Assembly (NCBI GenBank): GCA_965235115.1
Contig: OZ249445.1
Span: 9,238,001 to 9,302,000, forward strand
Length of the DNA: 64,000 bases
Direction: 5' to 3'
DNA from: Laetmonice hystrix
Taxonomy: Eukaryota
Shown here: piece by piece, positions 12,801 through 24,800 of the stretch
Layout of the letters: the number at the start of each line of letters is the position of its first letter
How positions within the stretch are numbered: the stretch's first letter is position 1
Program-made: the position numbers and the translations under genes
Notes under the pieces: model-generated
Databases searched by the model: none
Told to the model about the DNA's origin: nothing
Seen by the model: only the letters and a program-made list of their open reading frames with translations

Positions 12801-15800
12801 ACTAAAACCGTGAATAAGAGAAATTTGTCCACAGATGTCCCAATGACATGTTAATATTATTGCATGAGAAATCCTGGTCTTTTATGGGCACATAGACAGG
12901 AGGCAAAGTAATAGTGCAAGGGGCCGGTGTGTTGCTAAACGTGGTAATCACAGGGTTATAATCCTATGTTGATCGTCCTATTCAGCGCGTTATTGAGAGT
13001 CAAGGTACCGAATAGTTGCAGACCTGGGACACGCTCCCACTCGAGGTCATTCTCAGCCGACTGGCGCTGACATTGCGCGGCAGTTCCCGCTGCAGGTCCC
13101 GTGGAACAGGACGCAATCCACTAATCTCAGGTACCGAGACCAGAGACCTGAACAGGAAGCATCAGAGAGACGTACAGGTATCTCCGATTGGTTCATCACA
13201 ACAGGTGCGGGATGCGGTAATGTGTGCTGTTTCTGGAGGATGCACAAACCCCCAGGGTCTTGACTCAAGAGACCAGAGGATGGACATGGCTGGCTGTGAT
13301 TTCCTGACAAGAACCTGAAAGGTTTCTTGTGCGAGCAGATTGATCAGAAACCCTTGGCACCACACTCTGCTATCTACGTCTGGTCTCTTAATCAGAAGCC
13401 TCAAAGTTTATTTCAGTACTTTTGTAGGATTTATTTCCTGAGTTAAGATCTTACGAATGACGGTGAAGAGCCTACTTACTGAACTCCGCCCAGGGCCCTA
13501 TTAGAACTGCGGGCGCTTTGATGTGTTAAAAATCAAACAAATCGCTCCAGGGACAAGAGACTTCCAGTTGGAAAGGACTCTAGTATAGTCTCAGAAGTGG
13601 GGGTGGGGGGGGGGGAGTGGAAAGATTTAGGTAGAACTGGTGTCAGAGTATGTGAAGCTTAGCGGCACAGCTCCAAGTCCCAGATTTTGTTAATATATGC
13701 TTATCCTCAACCTTTATTCGCATAATAGTCCCATTAAAGGATGTATGGCTCAGGAATGATTCCCTGTTAGTTAAACCAGTGCTGTAGCTCAGTCGGACAA
13801 TGGTGATCTCCATATCTGTGTTCCTGTTTCAGCCCCGGACGCCTTGATAGAACGGCAACAGATGCGTGACCAGTATCCTTTGTATGGTCGTTGATCCGGC
13901 GGCCGTGGGGAGGGATTGCTCAGTCCGTCTCACAACTACATTACTGGAATCAAACCGACAAAATGGGCGTGGACAGAGAGGGTTGTCATGGCAATTAGAC
14001 ATCAATCTGTCAGACGCAGCCGTATACATGATGTAATTATTGATTGGAGAGAGTTAGAGCGAATATCCATCATCGTCTTTTTATATTATGGCTTTCTTTG
14101 ACTTCAGTTTAGCCTCAGTGTAATGTGAGCCTCATTGAAAGATGGAGAGAAAGTGTTTCATGGTGATGGACAGAATGGACAGGTGCTTAAAGAGAAAATA
14201 TGATATCATTTCATGGTGATGAAAAGAATGGACAGGTGCTTAAAGAGAACGTGTAATATCACAGAATAGATAATTAATCAAAGATAGATAGAAACTATGA
14301 TATCATTTCATGGTGATTAACAGAATGGACAGGCTTTTAAAAGCAGACAAAAATCATTTTATGAGTACGGGAAGTTATTTTTGGAGAGTTCTGGAAAGAG
14401 AAACCTTTGTACACCGACCCAGGCCGGTAGGTCCGGCCAAGCTGATTGGACGAGTTAACAAGGTACGGATAGTGGTCCTTTAATCTTCCAATCCTTTGAC
14501 CTGAGCTCAGAAGAAGGAAAATGTTTGCTAAAAGTACCTAATTGGATTCATTACAAAGCAAAATTACCCTGTCAAAGCTTTCATGGTAGGATGTTTGAGA
14601 CTGTTGATACATAACTGTCAGGGTAGTTAGTGATGAAAGGTGTGTCCATGTTAGAGACATGTAAGGTCAAGGTTGATGTGGTTGGGGTGTACTCAGGAAC
14701 CATCTGTAAATCCTAACTCCTAGTTACTTTTTGTAAAGTTATCAGAATACCGGTCCTATTTCACGAACCAGTGACAGATCATTGGATTAATGTTTTCCCA
14801 AGTACTTAGATGGAATCGAAACGAACAAGGAGGCAGACAGAAGTGACCCTTTATTGCCAGTGTGTTGGTTGGAGAGGGTCAATATTTTGGTTTGTAATTA
14901 TCATACAATGATGTTAGTTAAAGTGAGGGAGGAGTTTCCTTGATGCCTTCCAAAGATGGCTCCAGGAGGTATTCGAAGGCGCCGACCTCGAGTCGACCGG
15001 CCAGCTGGACGAGTTTGAAGTGGTCAACGTCATCAAGAAAATCAACACGGGTTTGACTACGGTCAAAGTGCAACAAAAACTCAAGGTGAGACCTGGGAAT
15101 TGTTCAGGCAGTCCGTGTTTTCATGCAGGCCGCCAGGATCACACGGAAGCTGCCTCGTATTTTTCATCGTTTCATGTTTTTTTCTGTCTCAGCCTTGGTT
15201 CTATGAGGTTTTTCTCAGTCCTGTGATTTTTCCATCAAATTCAGGTACAATGTAAATTTAATTTGGGAAAAAGTAACCATTTCAATTTCCAATTTACTCA
15301 TTTAAACTGAAATTGTTTTTACAGGAATTATCGCACACCAAAGACGGGGAAAAGGGCAGATTAAACAGTGAAGAATTTGTTAGTTTATTTAAAGAAATCT
15401 CTACGAGACCAGAAATATATTTCCTTTTAGTACGGTAAGTATGGCAGTGAATGACTACCATTTTCTCCGCGTCATAATTTAGCACATCCCACATCTTCAC
15501 TTGCTGTCTGGAATTACTACAAAAAATATGTGAAAACTATTTAGTAGACATTGATGAAAAAATACTTTTTCTAGCTGTCATTTAATTCCTATGACACTGC
15601 TCTTTCTGACCTTTCGCAGGTACGGAAGTACATCTGATTATATGTCAACTGATGACCTACTTCTATTCCTAGAGGCAGAGCAAGGGGTGAGAAACTCTTC
15701 CTTTAATACTCTGACTATACTTCAAGTAATGAAGAATCTGAAGAATGAGACGAGATGTTGTTTGCCTAATAAAATCATGCCAGATATAATGTATACCGTA

Positions 15801-18800
15801 ATATAATATAATGTATGCATTCCAGGAATTTAATAGAAAACAGATTAATATTTCAAGAGGAGGATGAGATTTCATTGTGTAACGTTTTGTTAATGCTTCA
15901 GTGAGTCCCTCTTTAGACAGACTTCATTAAGAGACCGACCAGTATCCAGAGGGATTGGGGAAAGGGTATTTTTTATAACATCTCAAAGAAATCTTGTTGG
16001 ATGCTGAGAAAACATGGTATATGTATCTTTTGGAATTCGTTCTCCACGGCCGCTGCTGAGTTGAATCCATGTAGCAGATTATTGGGACTAGATTGCTTAA
16101 ATACAAAACGTAGTGTCGCGATTCAACATAATAAGATTACATAGCGGGTAATATTGATATCGTTGGATGGAGAGGAAAGATTTATGCAAATTTACTGAAC
16201 AAATTTGAGAGGATCACATTCTTCTCATGAGGTCGAAATGTTCGGCGAAAGGGATATTGTCATAATAATTGATGTGAAGTCCTGGTGAGGAATACGCGAA
16301 TCATTTGTTCAATTACCTAAGAGGCCTCAGAAAAAAGTTGTTTCCTGCTGTTGTTGCTGCTGCTGTTGCTATTGTTGTTGAGATTTTCAGGGCAGACCAT
16401 CATTAATATTTTCATTGTGTGGGCAGAGTGACATAGATTTGTTTGTTTCTCTTTCAGATGGCTCGCGTCACCAAAGACAAATGTCTTGATATCATAGATA
16501 AATTTGAACCTTCCAAAGAGGGCCGGAGGAAAGGACACCTGGGTATTGATGGTGAGTGTCGGGATGAGGGTTGGGGGTGGGGGGCCACGGGTCGTCTGAT
16601 GGTGAGTGTCGGGGTGGGGGTGGGGGCCCACGGGTCGTCTGATGGTGAGTGTCGGGGTGGGGGCCCACGGGTCGTCTGATGGTGAGTGTCGGGGTGGGGG
16701 CCCACGGGTCGTCTGATGGTGAGTGTCGGGGTGGGGGGCCACGGGTCGTCTGATGGTGAGTGTCGGGGTGGGGGTGGGGGCCCACGGGTCGTCTGATGGT
16801 GAGTGTCGGGGTGGGGGCCCACGGGTCGTCTGATGGTGAGTGTCGGGGTGGGGGCCCACGGGTCGTCTGATGGTGAGTGTCGGGGTGGGGGCCCACGGGT
16901 CGTCTGATGGTGAGTGTCGGGGTGGGGGTGGGGGCCCACGGGTCGTCTGATGGTGAGTGTCGGGGTGGGGGTGGGGGCCCACGGGTCGTCTGATGGTGAG
17001 TGTCGGGGTGGGGGTGGGGGCCCACGGGTCGTCTGATGGTGAGTGTCGGGGTGGGGGCCCACGGGTCGTCTGATGGTGAGTGTCGGGGTGGGGGCCCACG
17101 GGTCGTCTGATGGTGAGTGTCGGGGTGGGGGCCCACGGGTCGTCTGATGGTGAGTGTCGGGGTGGGGGCCCACGGGTCGTCTGATGGTGAGTGTCGGGGT
17201 GGGGGTGGGGGCCCACGGGTCGTCTGATGGTGAGTGTCGGGGTGGGGGCCCACGGGTCGTCTGATGGTGAGTGTCGGGGTGGGGGCCCACGGGTCGTCTG
17301 ATGGTGAGTGTCGGGGTGGGGGCCCACGGGTCGTCTGATGGTGAGTGTCGGGGTGGGGGCCCACGGGTCGTCTGATGGTGAGTGTCGGGGTGGGGGCCCA
17401 CGGGTCGTCTGATGGTGAGTGTCGGGGTGGGGGCCCACGGGTCGTCTGATGGTGAGTGTCGGGGTGGGGGCCCACGGGTCGTCTGATGGTGAGTGTCGGG
17501 GTGGGGGCCCACGGGTCGTCTGATGGTGAGTGTCGGGGTGGGGGCCCACGGGTCGTCTGATGGTGAGTGTCGGGGTGGGGGCCCACGGGTCGTCTGATGG
17601 TGAGTGTCGGGGTGGGGGCCCACGGGTCGTCTGATGGTGAGTGTCGGGGTGGGGGCCCACGGGTCGTCTGATGGTGAGTGTCGGGGTGGGGGTGGGGGCC
17701 CACGGGTCGTCTGATGGTGAGTGTCGGGGTGGGGGCCCACGGGTCGTCTGATGGTGAGTGTCGGGGTGGGGGCCCACGGGTCGTCTGATGGTGAGTGTCG
17801 GGGTGGGGGCCACGGGTCGTCTGATGGTGAGTGTCGGGGTGGGGGTGGGGGCCCACGGGTCGTCTGATGGTGAGTGTCGGGGTGGGGGCCCACGGGTCGT
17901 CCTGAGCAAAAGGACCACAGCAAGGGACATTGAGGAAGGTGGAGAATGTTTTATTTCACTGACAAAAACGCTCTTTTGTGAACAGTTGTACACCTCCGGT
18001 AAACTTGTTTGTCAGGCAGTTTTGTCTGTTGGACTACAACAAATGATTCTGAACGTACATCTGAACGGTTTATGAGACAGGTGACGTTTATTCCACGTTA
18101 AATGGGATGTTTTCATTGTGTACTTGCAGGCTTTACGCGGTATTTACTATCAGAGCAATGTGACACATTTGATCCCGAACATAAAAAGGTGTGTCAGGAC
18201 ATGACCCAGCCACTCTCCCATTACTTCATAGCGTCTTCACACAACACGTGAGTACCTGTCGTATCATGTTACCATATCTGGTCGACACAACGGGAACGGG
18301 CTAACACGTGGTCGTACATCTCAGGTTACAATAAAACCGCCATGTCATTTGTGACATCTCAGGTCACAATAAAACCACCATATGTCATTGTGCCACTTGA
18401 TTTCAGTTCTCTGACGTTGCAATGTTAAAGTTAAATGTATTTGAAAAGTCCCAAGAGAAAAACAAAGGATGACTGAGTGTGTTTGTGTGTTTGTATACAG
18501 GTATTTATTAGAGGACCAACTCAAGGGCCCATCCAGTATAGATGGCTACATTCGGGCCTTACACAAGGGGTGCCGATGTGTTGAATGTACGTGTGCAATT
18601 CTTATTTCTGCTAAAGGTGTTTTGATAAAGGTGCATTTTACTGCTCAGCAACTTTTAGAAACATTCAGTATACTAGTTTAGAGTGAAAAAAGAAATTCTC
18701 GGAAAAAGTGTAGTCAGCTATCGTTCCGAAGATGAATAAGTTTGGCTTAATTTAGAGGACCTGTTCTATTCTGATTGAAAGGCTACTAATTTGACCTGTC

Positions 18801-21800
18801 TACTAGATAAAGATAGGAGGTTGTTTTAGGGACTGTGTTTTTATTACTTATGTACAGTGGACTGTTGGGATGGACCTGATGACCCTATTATCTACCACGG
18901 CCACACCCTCACCTCAAAAATCTCATTCAAGTCTGTGATAGAAGCAATAAATGAGCACGCCTTCGTTGCATCAGAGTAAGTCAATCACTGGAGAAGGGTG
19001 TTTCAGGGGGTTAAAAGGGTCACAGAACAAAGTATCTTGAAGTTCAAAGAGGAAAACCAAAGTTAAGATATAGGGGAGGATTAATTCTACTGAGGTTTGC
19101 AAGAATGATAGAAAAACAGTGAGTGATTGATGTTAGACCTGATTTAATTTTTGTTTCTCGATGTTTGCAGGTACCCTGTGATCTTGTCCATTGAGAACCA
19201 TTGTAGCATCAAGCAGCAACAGGCCATTTCTCATTACCTGAAGGTTATCCTAGGAGAGAAATTAGAATGTGACAACATTGACCAGAACAAACAGTACCTG
19301 CCCTCTCCGGAGGACCTCAGAGGTCGTGTCCTCGTCAAGGTTAGCCCACTGTTGGCCTCGGCCGCCTCGAGACAAACATTTACAAGAATATAGACCTATA
19401 AATCCGATTGAAATGCGACAGAAAATGAGAAATGAAAACATAAAGAGCAAAAAAAAAGTATGCTACCGGCAATAATCTCAGTACCTATAAAATAAAACTC
19501 CATGACTTATTCTATTCTATGACTATTGGTTGGACTGATTGTTTCAGAATAAGAAGCTTGCTGCCGACAACGACAGTGAAGACGGATATGTCACCGAGGA
19601 GGATGAGGGGGAGGCAGAGAAACAGAGAAAAAACAATAAAAGGGTGAGTTCCGAAAGTCAACCAGAACACTCTTCAAACTGTATTGATGTTTTACTGACA
19701 AAACAAGAGCACTTCTGATGTGAATCTGACATTTTGTTTCAGGAGGGTTCAGTTAAGCGACATAAACTTGCCAAAGAACTGTCAGATCTTGTCACCTACT
19801 GCAAGTCTGTACGGTTTGAAGACTTTCAGATCTCCATGCAAAAACGTAAGTACAGCTTTGTTCTTAGTGATCTGGGCCCAGTTTTTCAAAAATTCTCAAC
19901 TTCAGTAAAGCTTACTTGGGTAAACTACAGGCTTCTGATTGGCTGGCCTAAGGCTAAGCAGACCAGCCAATCAGAAGCCTGTTAGTTTACTTAAGTAAGC
20001 TTTACTCAAGTTGAGAATTTTTGAAAAACTGCACCCTGATATTACCCGTACTTGTTTTCAAGTATATTACATCGGTCTGAAACGTACCGTTTCGACTAAG
20101 GTCTACACAACCTTGTGTTGTCGAAGCATGTTTCTGGCTTATAGTAAATCACCTGTGATTGTGGTTTGGAAGAAGGAAGCCGGTTACAGAGACGTCTTCA
20201 TTGCTGAGAATCGTATGTCTTATATTGAGGGTTTTTGTGTTTATAGAGAAATATTATGAGCTGAGTTCGTTCAGTGAATCATCAGCCTTGAAGCTGGCCA
20301 ACGCCTGTCCTGAAGAGTTCGTCAACCACAATAAACGGTTCTTGTCCCGAGTCTACCCGAACGGTATGAGGGTCGACTCGAGCAACTACAACCCTCAGGA
20401 CCTGTGGAACTGTGGCTGCCAAATGGGTGCGTGTTTTGTCAATCCAAACCTTTCTCAGCACCGGGAGAAATAACAACCTTTATGTTTCTTGTACCAGCTT
20501 CCAATTGTTCTCTGTCTGCATCCATCTCCGTACGCTGACATGGAACAGGAAGAAATAGTAAAATCATTTTGAATTCAACTCACGAGCGTAATTACTCCCG
20601 CCCCACCCTTCGTGCACAAGTCGGATTATGGACTTTTTGTCAGTTAGCTTTGGTCAATTTCCTGATTTTCGTTCATGGCATCACATTGATTTCTTTTGAT
20701 GGACGTTTCAGATCTAAAGTTAAGTACGTTGTTCAATGAGAATTCCATTTGAATTAAAACGATCAGATCTTTTAAATAAATTCAAATGAAATAGAATAAA
20801 TCCGTATTACGGGCGTGATTGGTGTTGTAAATAAAAGAAGAGAAGCAAGGTTTGCAAGCTGAGATTGAGGAAGTGGTAAGCAGGATAGATGACCACGTCC
20901 TGTCTGATAGACTGTCCAGCTGGTCCCCAGTGTAGTTGGCCGTCAGTGGTCGAGTGATTGATGGTGTGTGCGATCTTTGTGTTGGTAGTGGCCCTCAACT
21001 ACCAGACGTCAGGCCTGATGATGGACCTGAACGATGGCCGGTTCATGCAGAACGGTATGAGTGGTTACATCCTTAAACCCGCCATCATGAGGGAGGAGAT
21101 CGCCTACTTCAGTGCAAACACCCGTGACGTCATACCCGGCGTCTCACCCCAAATACTCCACATCAAGGTACGCACAGCCCTGCACCTGGCGGGAGGGGGG
21201 GGGGGCAAGAGACAAAAACTCTACGGAGAAACTAAGGAGTACTGAGGAGCATTTTCACTTGGGAGGCGTAGGGGACAGTGGCTTCATAAAATTGGAATCT
21301 TCCAACGTCACTTGCTACTTAAAATCAATTGAAGAAATGGGCACTTTCTTTGACAGATCATTAGTGGTCAACAGTTACCAAAGCCAAAAGGATCAGGTGC
21401 CAAAGGAGATACGATAGACCCCTACGTTACAGTCGAGATTTTTGGTATCCCAGCCGACTGTGCCGAGGAAAGAACCAAAACAGTCATGCACAATGGTAAG
21501 GGTGGTGGGGGTGGAAAAAAATCAGGGGTTTAAATTGTAATACCATAGATTTTATGTAGTTTTCTATATGTTATAAAACTTGCTCAACTTTTAAATGTTG
21601 CAAAAGGGTTGTTATCTAATACAAATTGTAGTATCTTCACTGAAAATTGAGAAACTTTATAACCTTTTTTGTCCTCTCTTCTTCAGGCTACAATCCAATC
21701 TTCGACGAGAGTTTCGAGTTTCAGATCAACCTACCAGAGCTGGCCCTCGTACGATTCGCTGTCCTTGATGATGATTTTATCGGAGACGAGTTCATTGGTC

Positions 21801-24800
21801 AATATACGATACCGTTCGAGTGTATGCAGACAGGTAGGAAGGAATACTCGCATCCTTCTAATGATCGCAGAAGGAAAGTTTATGCTCAGTTTTCGGAGTA
21901 CAATATTCTCATTGTCATTCACAAATAAGTTGATTAATTAGTGGTTGCCAGTTAGCTACAGTGTAGATCTGTTGTATTTTGTGTGAAGGATACCGACACG
22001 TCCGATTAAAATCAAACGCCGGGGATGTGATACCAAACTGTACTCTGTTCGTCCACATTGCCATCACCAACAAACGGGGCGGAGGGGTAAGTACCAACAA
22101 TTTACATGCAACTATGCCAGAACTGGTGTTACACGTCATAAATACGGACTGCCATGATTCTAATACCGGTAGTCAGTCCGATCTGATGATAGCCAGTGGA
22201 ACAACGCTGGCAACTCAGGCGACAATTGTGATGCGATTTTGTTGAGGAAATTGGACAATTATAACAAGATGTTTTTTATATTTTATTTTTGTATTATATA
22301 AATATTCATAAAAAGTGTCCTAAGTTTCTTTTGTAAAATTAAGGCGATGACATACTTTAGTATTAGGATAAGTGAAAGGAAATTACTTATGATGTGATGC
22401 GCCACTATTTAAATAAAATTGGGAGTTGGTATCAGAAGGTACTCGGATGCTCTTCATGCACAAACTGATAGTTGAGTTTTTCAAATGTTTGCTTTACTCC
22501 GGAAAACGCTGGATATTGAGGTAAAATATGAAAACTAAATCCTGTTACCGGGAACGGAGTGCCTCATGATAGACACAATTTACAATGATTGACGTAGTTC
22601 TTCATGGTAGCAAGTAACAGTGTCAGGTTATCTATTATAATTAGGCTGGGTTTCCATAGCAGTTCACGCTTCACGTGTCACGGCTCACGGTTCACGGTTC
22701 ACGCCTGAATAAAAGAATGTACAAGTCGTTTTAAAATGTTAAAAGTGCAGGTTCCATAGGCGTTGACGTATCACTTTTCACCCTCACGTTACGAGTCACG
22801 CGTGAATCAATGAACGAGCTTTCTCTGACGTGAAACGTCAACGTGAACTTGGTGGAAACCAGCAAGAAAGTGAACCGTGAAGCATGACACGTGAAGCGTG
22901 AACTTCTATGGAAACCCAGCCTAATAGGTTTTCCTATACAAAAGCTCGGTGCTAGGTATCATTGGATGAAATGAGTGTGGAAGTTCTCATAATTGTGAGA
23001 TATGTACACAAATCTCGGACAGCTGAAGCGAGTAAATAACTCATTAATAGAATTTAAATATATTATCATTATGACAACATCTTTTGCACAACATTTTGGT
23101 GACTGTTGGACAAGTTGACGTTTTGATAACATTATATTGTCAATTATTGGTGCTCTTTGTCGGAGCTGTTCAGGAAACAGGAACGATTTTCATCTGCTCC
23201 TAAATCTGAAACCACACAAATGACTCTAGACGTTAGTTACTTTCTTCAAAGATATGAAACCAATGTGGGAGGTTGGTATTATGAGATACACTACATGACG
23301 ATATAACAAGTTGACAAATCATATTGCAGATGTGTTTTGTGTCCAAACTGAGGGCATTCTGTGTGAGTATTGTGGGGATGGCTTCCATCACTGCACTCAT
23401 CATCATACAATACATAGAGTCTCTTCAGTTCTGGCGTCTTTTTCAATCTCTCTAGTCATGTTGTCGATGACACGTCCTTGGCTACACATTGTAACATATT
23501 TATGTTACAACGTACATCGATATCATATATATGCATGTCACAAATTTCAAAAGGTGCTACGCTAATGTCAAGTAGCCCTGTAGAATTTCCTTGTTACATG
23601 GTGGCATATACATTACACAAATGGTCTAGTAACTCGTAATAAGTAACTTGTGTCAAAAATCACCTGCATCAGACATCCTCTTTTCCTAGATCTGTCAGAT
23701 TCTACCAAACTCTCATCAATATTCTTGCTTTCAAGAACACTACTATTTCCTACCAAGCTCATAGAATTAGCACCACATTTAGAAAACTCATAGTCATGAA
23801 TGAAGGTGCCTAATGTACATGTTACTGTGTAACAGTAACAGAAGTTGTCATAACTCCGTACTCAGTTTTTGGTACTGTATTTTAGTAGCAGTGTGGACAT
23901 TTTGACTGTCTCTAATTATTGTGTGAGTGCCGATCCCAGTCGTCGGTAGGGGGCAGTGTAGTCGCATGCCGTAGACGCCAACCCCCTAGTGGTTGTCCGA
24001 TGTTGTACGCGTCCACCCGTCACACATAGAACAATGAATTCAGGCTTACATTATTGAATCGGAAACTTTCATCAAGTAGTCTTGGAATCGCAAGCTAAGT
24101 CGCACATCTGAGACCTTGTCTTTCTCCTTATACAGGAGAGATACTGAGAGAAATCAGTGCCACCTCGGCGTCTTATCCCAGCAATAGACACGACATAACT
24201 TTAGTACCGGTAGTTTCTGGAAGGGGAAGGTGGTAATATTTTCTCCGCTGACACGCGTAATTTTCATAATAAAATTCTATTGCCGTCACAATGGTTTGAG
24301 CAAGGTCTCAATCTCTATGACTGTCACGACAGTGTTCATAGTTCAGACCACGACACGGTCCACACGGGTTAGACACTTGTGTGCTCTTTAGATCATCTGT
24401 CAGGCTCTCAATATAAATTGTCGCATAATACAAAAATTAAAGCTTCCAAGATAGCCCCAATATTGCTTTCTAAGGCTAAGGGTAGTCTATGTTGTTCTTG
24501 CGCTCCTTATTGATACGTTGATACAAGTTTTTGTGAATGTTCTTTTGATAAGGCAGACATCTTCGTAGGGCATGATAAATTTATATAGACGTCTTTGAAG
24601 ATAAGATCCGCTGAAACTGAAACTCACGTTTAACGCCACATTGGAACTTGCATGAATCAGCTACAAATCTCTACATTCGGTACAAAGAAAAAGAATAAAG
24701 TTGTGGCTCACTGTGCATGTACGGGACATTCGTCCTAGCCACCTGGTCCGTGACAACACACAGGTTGGACGGAAGGTTGTGCTTTAACCCGTCCGGGAGC

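Noticed and set aside
13781-13796. GCTGTAGCTCAGTCGG, similar to a tRNA/SINE A-box
   Set aside because: No B-box (GTTCRA) or cloverleaf follows.
16317-17993. Three long Pro/His/Thr-rich minus-strand ORFs (454-558 aa) resembling extensins or mucins
   Set aside because: All three frames are open only because the antisense of the G-rich repeat has no stops; they lie in a PLCL intron.
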